A DNA stretch of 64,000 nt, from contig CAVPXI010000014.1 in NCBI GenBank assembly GCA_963709585.1, forward strand, positions 128,001 through 192,000, in the 5' to 3' direction. The stretch is from Candidatus Dormiibacterota bacterium. Lineage in GTDB: Bacteria > Chloroflexota > Dormibacteria > Aeolococcales > Aeolococcaceae. Within the stretch, counting starts at the first letter, position 1; every line of letters starts with the position of its first letter. The notes under the pieces are model-generated. The model worked only from the letters and a program-made list of their open reading frames with translations. It ran no database searches and was not told where the DNA came from. Made by a program: the position numbers and the translations under genes. This document shows, piece by piece, positions 22,620 to 34,082 of the stretch.

Positions 22620-25600
22620 TCAGTCGCCGGAGCGAGTTGCCGAGCAGCGACTACGGGGCCGCTCTGACGAGCGGGGTGCTCGGCGCGAGCCGAGTTGATG
22701 CATGAGTTCCGAGCAGCCGTTCAACTCTGTCCAGCCATGGGCGCGCTCCGAGTTGCTCGAACAGCGAACGGGAACTCGAGTTCCAACCCCATGTGCTTCC
22801 TCGGGGCGACCACGTTCAGCGAGCCACTCAGCGAGTTCGACCAAAGTCACACCGAGCTCGAAGGGGACTTGGATTTCGCGAAATCCCTCTATGGCCGCAA
22901 CGAATCCTGCCTCGACCGAGTCGTGGTTACCCCGTATCGCACTGAGGCGCGCCCCGAAACGTGCGGCCTGCGCGCGGAGCAAGGGAGTGACCACCCCGGG
23001 TCTCGCCTGGCGTATCAGGTCGAGCATCCGGTCAGCGGATTCGAGATCCCCCAGTTCGAGAGCGGCCTCGAGTTCCTGGGCGAAGGCACGTTTGATGGGT
23101 GACCTCAGCAATCCCAGAACGGGAACCAGCTGAAGGATCTCCGTCGCCACGGCGAGCGCTTCGGCGTGCCTGCCTTCACCCCTATAGAGCTCTGCCTCGG
23201 CACACCCGATACTGGCCCGGTAGTCGACGCCCAGCCCGTCGGCGCTGGCGCCGGTCATCGCCAGGAGCTGGCGGGCAGTCTCGATCTCCCCCCGACGCAG
23301 GTAGATTGGGACCAGCTCGACGAGGCCGGCAACCACCGACTGCATCGCGTTCAGCTCCTCAGCAGCCTCCGCCTGCGCGGCGGTCGAGATGGCTTCATCC
23401 CATTTACCCAGCGCGGCGAGCGAACTCAGGACCCCGACGAGCGCTGCAAGCTCGCGTGCACGGTCGCCTTTCTGCCGCGCCATCGCGAGCATGGGCGCCA
23501 TCGAGTCCACGACTTCGAGGAATCGGTCCTGAGATTCGAGAACGACACCCAGGTTGGTCCAAGCGCGAAACGCGGCGGTTGTGAATTCACCGTCCATCGC
23601 GACCTCGAGCGCGCGACGCAGCAACGTTGCAGCTTCATCGAGACGCCCCCTGCGGAGGACCCAGATCGCCCGGCTGCTCAGAGCCTGCGAGTAGACCTCG
23701 TGAAGCTGCAACTGCGCCGACAGCAGCAATGCTTCCTCGAGCACTGGCGCCGCTTCCTGGTCGCTCGCAAGCGCAAGGAACCTGCCGAACTGACCCGTCA
23801 CGAAGGCAAACGCCGCGTCCGGTTCATCGCCGGCAAGAACGCGATGCGCGCGGCGCAGTCGGTCGATCGCCTGGTCGAGGTGGCCCTGCTGATATGCGAT
23901 CTCAGCCAATCTTGCATCGATCCGAGCTGCCGGATGAGACTGCCCCCCTTCTTCAAAGAGCCGCTTCGCCTCTTCGTAGAGTGCTGCCGCCTGTTCCAGC
24001 CGCCCGAGCTGCAATACGGTATCGCCGCCACGCTCGAGCAGTTCTGCCTGCCGGGTTGTGACACCGACGAGTTGCGCTGCTTTCTGGAAGTACCGCGCAG
24101 CTTCCGCGTTGGCGGCGAGCGAAGCGGCACGCTCCCCCGCCTGAGCGAGCACCTCCGCGGCAAGATTCTTCACACGCTCGGCGTCGGGGTCTTGGGGAGC
24201 GAGGTTGTACGCCTCGAGGTAGTTGGCTGCGACCACCTCGACGACATCGGACTCCTCGCCGCCCCAGGAGCTCTCGAACCACGCGGCGACCGCGAGGTGC
24301 TTCTCCCTGCGGTCGCGTTTCGAGAGCGTCTCGTAGGCGACTCGCTTGACAAGGTCCTGCAGGAAACCGTACTGGCCGCGCTCTGGAGAGCGCGGATCGG
24401 ACTGCAGCGACAGCACCTCCTTGCGCACCAGCTCGGCAAGCAATGGCTCGAGTTGCTCGACGGGCACCGCGGCGATCGCTGCCAGGGAGTCCTGCGTGAA
24501 GGTCTTACCGAGGACTGCAGCGTCCTGCAGGACGCGCCTCGCCTCCGGCCGGAGCCCGTCCAGGCGGGCGGCGATCAGGCCGTGCAGACTCTGCGGCACC
24601 TCCAGATCCTCGACGGGTCCGGTCAGGCGGTACACACTGCCGGCGCGCTCGAGCAGACCGCGATCAAGGAGCATGCGCACGGTCTCGACTGCGTACAGCG
24701 GCACGCCCTCAGCACGCTCCAGGATCTGTTCACGCAGCTCATCCGGCAGGCCGGGCACGAGCCCATCGAGAAGGTGCTCCATTGCGGCAGACGCAAGCGG
24801 CTCAAGGAAGATCGACGTGAAATTGCGCTTACCGGCTCCCCATGTGGGATGACGATCGACCAGCTCCGGGCGGGCCAGCGTCACGACGTACAGGGCGTGA
24901 TTCCGCGACCATTCAAGGAGATACTCGATGAACTCGAGCAGCGACGTGTCCGCCCACTGCATGTCCTCGAAGAGCAGCACGGTCGGATGTGCATCGGCGA
25001 GCCGCTCAAAGAACACGCGCCATGCACTGAAGAGATCCTGCCGCTCCTGGGTCGCGTGCCCCTCGAGCGCCAGCAATTGAGCCAACCGTGGCTCCACCCA
25101 ACGGCGCTCGTCAGCGTCCGGTAGGTACTCCTCGAGGCAGACACGAAGCTTCTCTCGGGCCGAGGCGGGGTCCTCCGCCTCGGTGATCCCGGCCCGCATC
25201 CGCACCATCTCCGCGAGCGCCCAGTAGGTGACCCCTTCGCCGTAGGCGAGACAGCGACCTCGGTGCGTGTAGACGAGTCCGGCGATGCCGTCGAGGTACT
25301 TGAAGAACTCCCAGCCGAGGCGTGACTTTCCGATCCCGGCAATCCCGACCACCGAGACGAGATGCGCTTTGTGCTCCTCGGCGCTTGCATGGAACTGATC
25401 CTTGAGGAGGCGCAACTCACGATCTCGGCCGACAAACGGGGCCTCCAGCCCCTCCGACTTCAGCGCGCCCCCGACAAAGGCAACAACGCGCAATGCCTGC
25501 CACACCCGCACGGGCTCCGCTTTGCCCTTGAGAGCGCGGTCGCCGATGTCCTCGTAGACGATGGCCGCTTCGGTGGCTCGCCGCGTGGCGTCACCGACCA

Positions 25601-26258
25601 GGACAGTCCCCGGCAGCGCTTCCGCCTGGATCCGGGAAGCGGTGTTGACGAGATCGCCGGCAACCATGCCCTGTCCAACCGCACTGAGTGTCACCGCCGC
25701 CTCCCCGGTCAGTACGCCCGCGCGCGCTCGCAGCTGCGGTACCCCGGTTTCGGACCCGAGAGTTGCCACCGCGTCCACCAGGTCGAGCGCCGCGCGCACC
25801 GCACGCTCGGCGTCATCTTCGTGAGCGACGGGAGCACCCCACACCGCCATCACGGCATCGCCGATGAACTTCTCGACCACGCCTCCGTAGCGGGTTATCA
25901 GCGCCTTGCATGTCTCGAAGTAGGTCGTGAGCAGCTCGCGTACCTCCTCGGCATCCTGTTTCTCCGAGAGCGAGGTGAACCCCACCAGGTCCGCAAAGAG
26001 GACCGAGACCAGCCGCCGCTCTGCCGCAGCGGTCGGATCCGAGGCGACGTCCCGCGCAGGCGCCGCAGCAACGACGGCTGCCTTCGCCCCTGCCTGGAGC
26101 GACGCGCCGCAGTTGAGGCAGAAGGCGTAGTCGGGCTCGGCGGCCGCACCGCAGGCGGGGCAGGCGCGGCTCAAACGCAGTCCGCAAAGCGGGCAAAACC
26201 TTGCGGCGGGCGGAATGCTAGCGCTGCATCCGGGGCAGATCATCGGCGCTTGATCCAT
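22620..26258 (-). CDS. Class III adenylate/guanylate cyclase with double zinc ribbon, AAA ATPase and TPR domains (C-terminus frameshifted at ~22775)
   Basis: CxxC ribbons, ERRLVSVLFADLVGFT, KFIGDAVMA, GDLVNTASR, GIAGIGKSR, EDMQWAD. Confidence 0.92.
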   Translation of the reverse strand: MDQAPMICPGCSASIPPAARFCPLCGLRLSRACPACGAAAEPDYAFCLNCGASLQAGAKAAVVAAAPARDVASDPTAAAERRLVSVLFADLVGFTSLSEKQDAEEVRELLTTYFETCKALITRYGGVVEKFIGDAVMAVWGAPVAHEDDAERAVRAALDLVDAVATLGSETGVPQLRARAGVLTGEAAVTLSAVGQGMVAGDLVNTASRIQAEALPGTVLVGDATRRATEAAIVYEDIGDRALKGKAEPVRVWQALRVVAFVGGALKSEGLEAPFVGRDRELRLLKDQFHASAEEHKAHLVSVVGIAGIGKSRLGWEFFKYLDGIAGLVYTHRGRCLAYGEGVTYWALAEMVRMRAGITEAEDPASAREKLRVCLEEYLPDADERRWVEPRLAQLLALEGHATQERQDLFSAWRVFFERLADAHPTVLLFEDMQWADTSLLEFIEYLLEWSRNHALYVVTLARPELVDRHPTWGAGKRNFTSIFLEPLASAAMEHLLDGLVPGLPDELREQILERAEGVPLYAVETVRMLLDRGLLERAGSVYRLTGPVEDLEVPQSLHGLIAARLDGLRPEARRVLQDAAVLGKTFTQDSLAAIAAVPVEQLEPLLAELVRKEVLSLQSDPRSPERGQYGFLQDLVKRVAYETLSKRDRREKHLAVAAWFESSWGGEESDVVEVVAANYLEAYNLAPQDPDAERVKNLAAEVLAQAGERAASLAANAEAARYFQKAAQLVGVTTRQAELLERGGDTVLQLGRLEQAAALYEEAKRLFEEGGQSHPAARIDARLAEIAYQQGHLDQAIDRLRRAHRVLAGDEPDAAFAFVTGQFGRFLALASDQEAAPVLEEALLLSAQLQLHEVYSQALSSRAIWVLRRGRLDEAATLLRRALEVAMDGEFTTAAFRAWTNLGVVLESQDRFLEVVDSMAPMLAMARQKGDRARELAALVGVLSSLAALGKWDEAISTAAQAEAAEELNAMQSVVAGLVELVPIYLRRGEIETARQLLAMTGASADGLGVDYRASIGCAEAELYRGEGRHAEALAVATEILQLVPVLGLLRSPIKRAFAQELEAALELGDLESADRMLDLIRQARPGVVTPLLRAQAARFGARLSAIRGNHDSVEAGFVAAIEGFREIQVPFELGVTLVELAEWLAERGRPEEAHGVGTRVPVRCSSNSERAHGWTELNGCSELMHQLGSRRAPRSSERPRSRCSATRSGD

Positions 26259-26399
26259 ACTCGCAGCGCTACTCTACCGCGCTGCTTGGGACCCATCACC
26301 GGAGCGCGGGCAGATCACGGATGCAGGGACGAAGTGCCGTTGCAGGGCGTGCTATCGCGCCGTACGTCCTCTCAGTCGCGCCGCCGTATTTGTCCTCCG

Positions 26400-26807
26400 T
26401 CAGCGGGGAAAGAGCTCGTCCTGCTGGTAGGGGTTCCAGGCAAAGAACCACGATTCGGTCACCCTGCCGTCCTTCATATGCACGACGTGCGAGCCCAAAT
26501 CCTCGTACTTGACGCCGCCGACCTCCAGGGCGGAGGTGACCAGCGCAATGGCGTGGTCGTCGTTGGCGACGATGTCGTGGATGTCCAGGTGGAACGTACC
26601 GCTTGACGCCTGGACAAGCTCCAAGAAGAACCCGAGCGTTTCGTCGATGCCATGCGCGTCGCGACTGAACCTGCTGCGGCCGCCGTTGTGCCAGACGATG
26701 TGTTCGTCGAACAGCCCCCGGATCGTGTCCATATCTCCCGAGTTGAAGGCGTCATAGCCGCGCCGAAAAAGGGTCGCGTTCGGGTGTTCCGCTGTGACCT
26801 GTGCCAT
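26400..26807 (-). CDS. SnoaL-like/NTF2 family protein
   Basis: HPNATLFRRGYDAFNSGD, HDIVANDDHA, MKDGRVTE. Confidence 0.8.
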   Translation of the reverse strand: MAQVTAEHPNATLFRRGYDAFNSGDMDTIRGLFDEHIVWHNGGRSRFSRDAHGIDETLGFFLELVQASSGTFHLDIHDIVANDDHAIALVTSALEVGGVKYEDLGSHVVHMKDGRVTESWFFAWNPYQQDELFPR

Positions 26808-26928
26808 CGATTTCGCCTCCGCGTCGTACTTCCGACCAAGACGGGTCACCTTGGCACGTTCGATCCTGCCTCGTCAATCGCCGCAGCGCATGCTCCGCAA
26901 CCGTCGGGATTCTTGGCGCCGCAGCCCG

Positions 26929-27279
26929 CTACAGGGTCAGAATCGGGTGCACCTCAACGCTGCCGACATGCGCCGCCGGATTCTTCGCCGCCCACGCGAT
27001 CGCGGCAGCGCGATCCTTGCAGTCCAATACGAAGTAGCCGTTGAGCCACGGTACGGCCGGGCTCATCGGCCCGTCCGTGGTCGTCGCCTCGCCGTCGCGG
27101 ACGTTGACTGTGAACGCTGCTGAGGAGGGCTGGCACGGATCGCCGTCAAGGAAGGCCCCTGCCGCCTTGAGCTCCTCGAGGTATGTCGCGAAGGCTTCGA
27201 TCACGGCGTTCAGCTCGGGCGTCCCGGGTCGCGGTGCCACCAACTCGTCGACGTACTGCAGGAAGATGTACTTGGGCAT
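26929..27279 (-). CDS. YciI/DGPF family protein
   Basis: TTDGP, GYFVLDC, AIAWAAKNP, GSVEVHP. Confidence 0.85.
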   Translation of the reverse strand: MPKYIFLQYVDELVAPRPGTPELNAVIEAFATYLEELKAAGAFLDGDPCQPSSAAFTVNVRDGEATTTDGPMSPAVPWLNGYFVLDCKDRAAAIAWAAKNPAAHVGSVEVHPILTL

Positions 27280-27374
27280 GTCGCGTGCTCCTGGTAAGAG
27301 TTTGTTCAACACTTAGACGACGAGTGAGCCGCGGCAATTTCGACAAGGGTGCGCGGAGGAAGCGGCGAGACCCG

Positions 27375-27848
27375 TCAGCCTCCGCTCCAAAGTCGTTGGG
27401 TCGCGAAGTAGTGATGCGCGAGTTGGACGACCTGCTGGCCAGTGAGGTCATCGATGTCCGCTCGAACATCGGCGATGACCTTCGCAGCCACGTCCTTGCG
27501 ATGCTGCTCCGCATAAGCGACCCATTGGTGAGACGCATTTGCCTTCCCATTCCCGTGGCCCAGCAATAGGATCGCCCGGGCTGGAGCGAGCGCCTCGCTG
27601 ATCTCCCGCCAGTAGTCGGGATTCCCGGCCTCGTACGTCCCCTTGGGATTCCCGGCCTTGTGGGCAATCTCGTGGGCATGACCCTGTACGTCCACGTCCT
27701 CGACCCGCTCGGGGGACTCCGCGCCGGCTCCGCCGAGCACGTAGATCAGCGTCCGGTGGAAGTCGATGGTCGCAACGACATTCGCGTCGCGGATCAACTC
27801 CACGTTGACGGTGTGTCGGGTTGTCGAATCGGGCGTCTGATCTGCCAC
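27375..27848 (-). CDS. Hypothetical protein, release-factor (eRF1 domain 2)-like
   Basis: YWREISEALAPARAILLLGHG and DDLTGQQVV pattern. Confidence 0.5.
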   Translation of the reverse strand: MADQTPDSTTRHTVNVELIRDANVVATIDFHRTLIYVLGGAGAESPERVEDVDVQGHAHEIAHKAGNPKGTYEAGNPDYWREISEALAPARAILLLGHGNGKANASHQWVAYAEQHRKDVAAKVIADVRADIDDLTGQQVVQLAHHYFATQRLWSGG

Positions 27849-28157
27849 GGTTAGGTTGCCTCCTTGTTGTCCAGGGCGTGGCGTTCGACCGCCGTACTGT
27901 CGACGCCGTGCCGTACGCCGGTGCCGGTGCCGGCGCCCTCGCCGCCCGGCACGAGCCGAAGATTACGCGCGAACGGGCGTCTTCCCTCACGGGCGGCCGA
28001 GGCGCCTGCTCAGTTGCTTTTGGCGGCGCCGACGTTGGTCGACGACTACAGTGGGCTGGTGCGACAGACCACTGGCTTTGCCTTGCCCCGGCGGTGCCCT
28101 GAGCGGGCTCCCCGCCAGGATCGACGCTGGTGTGCCCCGAACGTGAGGATTAGCGGG

Positions 28158-28808
28158 TCAGGCTGAGACCGCAACGGCAGCGTCACGGTCATCGAGGAAT
28201 GCCCACCACGCGTCGGCGGCGGACCGAGCGGCACCCACCACCCGGCCCTCCGGTGCTCCGAGCTCGGCAACGGCCTCGATCCCCCAGCGGGCATGGTCCT
28301 GGTCCATGGTCGCGTGGATGTCCCAGAACCGGGTCCCTGCCGCGCTGATCTCGTAATGTCGTCGCAGGCCTTCTGCCTTCGTCGCCGCGATCGCCGGCGC
28401 TTGCATCTCGTAGGCCACGAGCGCAGCGAGCCCCTCAGCCGGACTCAACTCGATAAGGTCCCGGTATGTCGTCAACAACCGGCTCGTTGCGTCGCTCGGG
28501 AGCGCATCGCATGCTCCCACGGCATTCGCAAAATCCGCAAAAACCGCTACGTGTGGCTCAGGGTTGGACTCCTCGTCAGTGAGGTTCTGCTGGACCAACT
28601 CCGCGGCTCGACCGGGGTCGAGGCGGGCGAGCAGCGCGCGCAGGATGCCGGGGAGCGATGCCTCGAAGTAGCGATACTGCGCCGCGTACGCGCCAAGCTC
28701 GCCGGGCTGAAGAGAGCCCGCCTCCCAGCGCCGGTAGAAGGGATGGTCGAGGAGTTGGCGCTCGGCCAGCGCGGCCGACAGCCTGGCCTGGAGTTGATCG
28801 GGAGTCAT
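28158..28808 (-). CDS. CADD/TenA-like heme-oxygenase-fold diiron protein
   Basis: LLDHPFYRRWEAG, NLTDEE...H, AYEMQ, KAEGLRRHY, HATMDQDH. Confidence 0.8.
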   Translation of the reverse strand: MTPDQLQARLSAALAERQLLDHPFYRRWEAGSLQPGELGAYAAQYRYFEASLPGILRALLARLDPGRAAELVQQNLTDEESNPEPHVAVFADFANAVGACDALPSDATSRLLTTYRDLIELSPAEGLAALVAYEMQAPAIAATKAEGLRRHYEISAAGTRFWDIHATMDQDHARWGIEAVAELGAPEGRVVGAARSAADAWWAFLDDRDAAVAVSA

Positions 28809-28984
28809 GACAGCCCTCTGCTTCCGTCGCTTGATACGCGCACAGAATACGCCGTGCTCAAGCGAGCGCTGCGCTTGTGTCACCCACGAGCGGCGAGACC
28901 GGGCGCGCCCATCAGGCCGATGGCTGCCACCTCGAGCCCTGCGAACCCCTCGAGCCATATAAGGCGGGTCGTCCGTTCACACCG

Positions 28985-30292
28985 TCAGCAATTGACGCAG
29001 ACCCCGTTGTTCACGAATACGCCCAGATCAATGAAGCTGCCGTTGTTGACGAGAGTTCCGTCGTTCGTGAGGCTCCCGTCGTTGGTGAGGGTTCCACCGT
29101 TGACGAGTGAACCACCCTGTTGAATCGTCGTGATCCCACTAGGGCCGATGGTGAGCGACCCATCATTCGTGGTGGTGCCGTTGAGGGTCAGGGCCCCACC
29201 TGCCATCAGCGACCCGCCAGAACCTAGGTTCAATGTGGCCCCCGGAAACATCGTCAGGGCCCCCGGGTTGGCGGGGTTGCCGTTGAGGGTCAGAACGCCG
29301 CCGTTGACATTGACGGAGCCGGTTGGACCCAGAGTGAGAACTCCACCGCCGGAGATGGTGAGCGCTCCGGGGTTGGCGGGGTCGCCGTTGAGTGTCAGGA
29401 CACCGCCGTTGACATTGAGGGAACCGGTTGCGTCGACGAGGAGGGTCGTTGCTGCGGGGATGCTCAAGTCCTTCGGTGCGGTTGCCCCACCGGACACTTC
29501 GCAGGTCCCCGTGCTCTGCTGCCAGACCCCGCCAATCTGGATACAAACGACACTGTTGAGGTTGGGGGACGTAGCCAGGCCAGGGTAGGTGAGAACCGAC
29601 ACCCCGGGCGTGATGGGGTTCCCCACGACGATGGGGTGGTCCGGATTTCCGTTTTCAAAGAGGATCACGACCTCTTGCCCAACATGGGTTACGCCATAGA
29701 GGCCGGCCAGGGGCTGACCGCCGCTGCGGCCGGGGTCGACCAGCAGGTAACCGCCGGGGTTTTGCACTGCCGGCAGCACAACCCGCCCTCCTTTGTCGAG
29801 TCCAAAGGAGCCAGGAGCGACCGCAATGTTGCCTATCGCGGCCTGCAGTGCGGACAAAGCGACGTCACCGCTAGGGCAGGACGAGAACCCGGTCGTGGGA
29901 CCCGGTAGGCTGGCGCCAAGCGAAAGGAGCTCGGTATCGAACAGCGCGGTGCCCTGGGAGCAGTCAGCGGCGGTGAGCGGCAACCCGATGGCGATGCCCT
30001 GAGGCGAACTCGATGCCCCGGGGTCTCCGAACAAGTCGATACCCGGCGCGCACCCCTCTGGTCCAGGGCTTTTGAGAACGAAATATGGGGATTGAGTTGG
30101 CCCTGGCTGAACTGTCACATAGGTGCCGGCAGGACAATGACTTGGTCCTGGATCCTTGAGAACGACCTGGAACGGTCCGGCCAAAGCTGCCTGGGCGACC
30201 ATGGGGGTGGCTACCGCCGCAAACGCCGCGGACAGCGCCAAGCACGCCGCCCATAACACGGCAGGTCGCACCACATTTCGAAACATCGCCAA
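28985..30292 (-). CDS. Secreted protein with Gly/Asn-rich beta-helix-like repeats and a VgrG/gp5-like motif
   Basis: Signal peptide; duplicated GSxNVNGGVLTLNGxPANPGALT; LTNDG repeats. Confidence 0.55.
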   Translation of the reverse strand: MAMFRNVVRPAVLWAACLALSAAFAAVATPMVAQAALAGPFQVVLKDPGPSHCPAGTYVTVQPGPTQSPYFVLKSPGPEGCAPGIDLFGDPGASSSPQGIAIGLPLTAADCSQGTALFDTELLSLGASLPGPTTGFSSCPSGDVALSALQAAIGNIAVAPGSFGLDKGGRVVLPAVQNPGGYLLVDPGRSGGQPLAGLYGVTHVGQEVVILFENGNPDHPIVVGNPITPGVSVLTYPGLATSPNLNSVVCIQIGGVWQQSTGTCEVSGGATAPKDLSIPAATTLLVDATGSLNVNGGVLTLNGDPANPGALTISGGGVLTLGPTGSVNVNGGVLTLNGNPANPGALTMFPGATLNLGSGGSLMAGGALTLNGTTTNDGSLTIGPSGITTIQQGGSLVNGGTLTNDGSLTNDGTLVNNGSFIDLGVFVNNGVCVNC

Positions 30293-30815
30293 TGCCCTCC
30301 TTCAAACGCAGCCTCTTTGGTCAGGAGACGGCTGCCAACCTGTACTCGGCGCTGCTTCAGACCCTCGTTCGAGGGCCATCAAACACCGCACAGTTCAGTA
30401 CCCCCGAATTACGACCCTCAGTCGCGCCTTGGTTCACGAGAACAGATCGTATGAGCGTGCCTTAGCGTTGCCTTAAGGAATGGTGAGGGCGCCGAACGCG
30501 AGGTTGTCGCAAGGCGCCCGCGGTCTTAGGTTGCTCGGCAATAACCTCGTTCCTCACGAACTTCCGGACGCGACACCGTCTGACATATAAGAGGAGAGAC
30601 CGCGCAGACGGGGTAGGCCAATCGCCTAGACGGCGAGGGTCCGAGCACGGGCGTCAGGCGGGTTGGGGCTCCCCTACCAGCCGGTCGCGGGCTTTCGCGA
30701 TGACCGCCTTGTAATCGGGGTTGGAAGGGCTCAACGAGAGCGCTCTCCAGGAGCGCGAGGAGGTCGCGGAGAACGACCCGGGCAGCTGGGTCTTCTGCAC
30801 CAAAGGGACGCGATA

Positions 30816-31011
30816 TCCCTTATGGTATAAAGGAAACCGGAGCGAGAGGGATTCGAACCCTCGATGCCGGTTTACCCGGCATACCGCATTTCCAGAAAGC
30901 GGATGTGGCCTGACCGGCCCCGTCTGGGACCGTCTCCTGAATACAAACAGCACGTTCGCGCCGTCAGGATCTGACTGGTCGTGACTCCCGGTTGGCATCG
31001 GCGTTGGCATC
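30816..31011 (-). mobile_element. att junction J1: tRNA-Ser(GGA) 3' fragment (30838-30895) plus arm region
   Basis: Reverse complement CTGGAAA TGCGG, variable arm, GAGGG TTCGAAT CCCTC TCGCTCCG; GTTGGCATC repeated at 30991 and 31003. Confidence 0.85.
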
Positions 31012-31037
31012 AAGCCGGGTGTCCATCGCAATCGCGG

Positions 31038-33595
31038 TCATTGGAACCAGCCGTCGACGTCGAGCGCGGCGTTGATGTTGCCCGCGGCGTTGAAGAGGTT
31101 GACGTCACCGACATGCGCGCCTGAGGCCAGGCCCACGACCACCAGGTTGGGCAAGGCGATGCCCGGGTTCACGTTGAGGTCCGAGACGTTTGGCTTCGGG
31201 CTCGCATCGGCCGGGTAGACCGTGAGATAGGTGGGCTGGCCGCCGCTCACCGCGGTGAGCGTGGCGATGATCGCCACCGGCCCGCTCCCTGGGATCCCGT
31301 CGACACCGGCAACGGTCACGAGCAGGGTCCCACCCGAGGTCAACTGGTGCCCCGAGCACAGGGTGCCGGTCCCGCTTCGGGTGTCGCAGATCCGGGTCGG
31401 CCCGATCGCCTGATACTGCGCCCCGGTCGGTGGACTGCCCGTCGTCGACCCGAACCAGCCGCTCGCGTCCAGGACCACGTTGATGGAGCCGGCCGCGTTG
31501 TACACGCACACATCGGTGCCCGGTCCACCGCTGTGGCTGGGGCCGAGGGGCACCATCACCCGGTTGGCCAACGCCTCGCCCGCCGAGACGTTGATGGTCG
31601 ACGAGGCGGGCACGCTGGTCAGACAGCTGCCGTTGCTCTGGGTCGGGAAGACACTCAACCAGGTGGCTTGGGTTCCTGCCACCGCGGTCAGGTTGAGCAC
31701 CGCCGCCCCGGCGCTGCCATTGGTCGGGATGCTCGCCGGCGTGCCGCTCACCCCGGTCGGGATGTCGGTGACATTTACGCGCATTACCTGACCGGAGCCC
31801 AGCCTGTTGTCGGTGCTCTGTCCCAGGTTGCAGCCGTTGGCCGGCTGCTTGGCACGGGTGTCGCAGACCCGCAGCGGCGCGATCGCATGGAACTCCCCCG
31901 CCGGGTTGCTCGACGCCTGGGGCACGAAATACCCCTCGACGTCAGCCACGACGTTGAGCGTGCCCAGGGCGTTGTAGATGTTGACCTCACGCTGGGCGTC
32001 GGAGACGCCGTCCTGGCCGAGCGCGACCGTGACCAGGTTGGCGATGTTCTCGTGGGCGCTGAAGTTGAGGTTCGAGGCCAGCGGCCGTCCGGTCCCATTC
32101 GGATAGACGGTGAGCAGGCTCGGTGCCGAGCCGTTGACGGCGACCAGGTTGAGCACCACAGCGGTCGCATTGGCCGGCACGGATTCACCGGTGCGCGCAT
32201 CCGTGTACCCAGTGATCTGGAGGGCAAGCGTCTGGCCTGCCCCGAGCGCGCCACAGGTGTGGATCCCGCAGAGCCCGGAGCGCGTGTCCAGGATCCGGAA
32301 TGGGGCGACCGGGACGAAGCTGCCCAGCCCCGTATAGATGTAGCTGGCGGCGGCGGTTGGAGTGCTGACGCCCAGGCTCGTGGTGACCACGAGCCGGTCG
32401 TATCCCGCCGGCTTGGCCGGGGTTGCAAAGGAAAACGAATACAGGGTCCTGTTCGTCGTCGTGACCGGGGTGCCTCCGAAGGTTGCGGTCATGCCCGAGA
32501 TGAACCGTATCCGTTTGCGGTGACGATCTGGCCGCCGCTCGTCGGGCCGGCCTCCGGGGACAGTGCGGTCACCACCGCTGCGCCGTAGTAGAGGTACGCG
32601 TCCGCTGGAGAAAGCGGACTCGAAACGCCCTGGCGATTGACCTGGACGGCCGCACTTCCAGCGGGGCGAACGGGAGAGACGAAACTGAAGGAGGTAGCGG
32701 TGACCGCGGTCGGGGTGACCTTAGTGCCGCCAATGCTTGCCGTCAAACCCGGCCCAAAACCAATCCCACGCACGGTGACAATCTGTCCGCCCGAAATCGG
32801 TCCGATGTTGGGACTGAGCGAGTTCACTCGCAGCGCTGGACCTACCGCGACTGCCATCCCATGAAAGCTGGAGATCATCCGTGTGAACTGGGACTCTGTG
32901 TACGTGTAGCGGATTCCGCTGTGATCTTCGAGGATCGTGACGTTATGGCCAGGGTCGGCGCCAACCACCACGATTGCATGATCGTAAGGGCTGTAGGGAA
33001 TGGTCTTTCCGTCGAAGGCCGTGTACGAACTGGTTGGATAGCCCGTACCGCCGGTCCCCAGGCTCCGCGTATCTATCCAGATGACCACTGGGTTACCGTC
33101 CAGAATCTGAGCTTCGATCTGTTGCGTCGTATAGCCGGTGCCAGCAAACGCAACCGTCGCCCCGGCCTCCTCGGCAATAGCGGCGATCGGCGCATAGTAG
33201 ACGCCGTAGCCGGTGTAATTCGCTTCAGAACCATACACGCTGCCGACAAAGGCTTTGAAGGCGTCACCCCAATACCGAACGCCGTTCTTGACGTGCGACG
33301 CCCGACCATCCTTGGGCAGTAAGTTGAACACCCAGTTCTGGAGTGGAATCCCGCCTGTGTTGACCTTTATGCCACGAATCGCGAGCGCCGCGGCCAACGA
33401 TGCCGATTCGCAGTCCAACGGCAGGTCCATCTTGATCGTGAAACCGGGATCCAGTTGAACCCCTCCGGAGGCGGCGGCTGGGGTCGATTGCCCTAGAAAC
33501 ATGAGCGATCCCATTGCAAGACCAACCACGGCCGTCCCTAATCGGATCCAGTGGCGGGGTGACGGATCGGCGATCGCAGGCGAGACGCGAGTCAT
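31038..33595 (-). CDS. Secreted C39-like peptidase + IPT/TIG + three 'RILDTR'-type surface repeats (frameshift at ~32500)
   Basis: DCESASL...HAIVVVG; IPT (SPNIGPISGGQIVTVRG); RILDTR/RVCDTR/RICDTR repeats ending in DVxGxF-like motifs. Confidence 0.75.
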
Positions 33596-33954
33596 GCGCG
33601 AACGCCTCCCGGCTTCAACGCTCGCATACCAATCAGCCTCCGGCTTCTCTCGGTTCTTCGTCTCGAGACAGTTCGCTTGTCGGGCTCGATAAGCGTGATC
33701 ACCACATGTCGCGTTCTTGCGCGGCACTTCCATCGCCTATCACCGATCCAAGTCGCAGCAATATTTGTAGTAGGCCCAAAGGTCCCAGAAAAGTGCTATT
33801 GGTCACCCGGCGAAAACTGCCTCGATCGCGCCCTCCCTCATGCAAGTGTTCATTCCGGGAGCCAGGATGGTTAAGTCACCGGCGCGAGACTGCGGATGGC
33901 CAGTCCGCCGAATAGCGAACGACTACGCAGTCACTCTGCGTCGACGTTCCGTGA

Positions 33955-34082
33955 CTTGTCATCACCGTTGGGCATCGCCGCCGCTTTGCCGAGTTCTAGG
34001 CAGCACGCCGCCTGGGTGATGGGCGATGTCGATAATCCCTATCCCATAAGAGCAACGCGGAGCGAGAGGGATTCGAACCCTC
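33955..34082 (-). mobile_element. att junction J2: truncated tRNA-Ser 3' fragment (34058-34082) with left arm only
   Basis: CGGAGCGAGAGGGATTCGAACCCTC, identical to J1; CTTGTCATC/GTTGGGCATC pair at 33955 and 33967. Confidence 0.75.

Noticed and set aside
23166-25124. Long antisense ORFs (also 7106-8626, 8389-9672, 17403-18743, 25362-26606)
   Set aside because: These are shadow ORFs opposite well-supported genes, as expected at high GC.
30838-30945. Intact tRNA-Ser gene
   Set aside because: The sequence beyond the anticodon loop does not give a D-arm or a matching GGAGCGA acceptor strand; all copies are 3' fragments.
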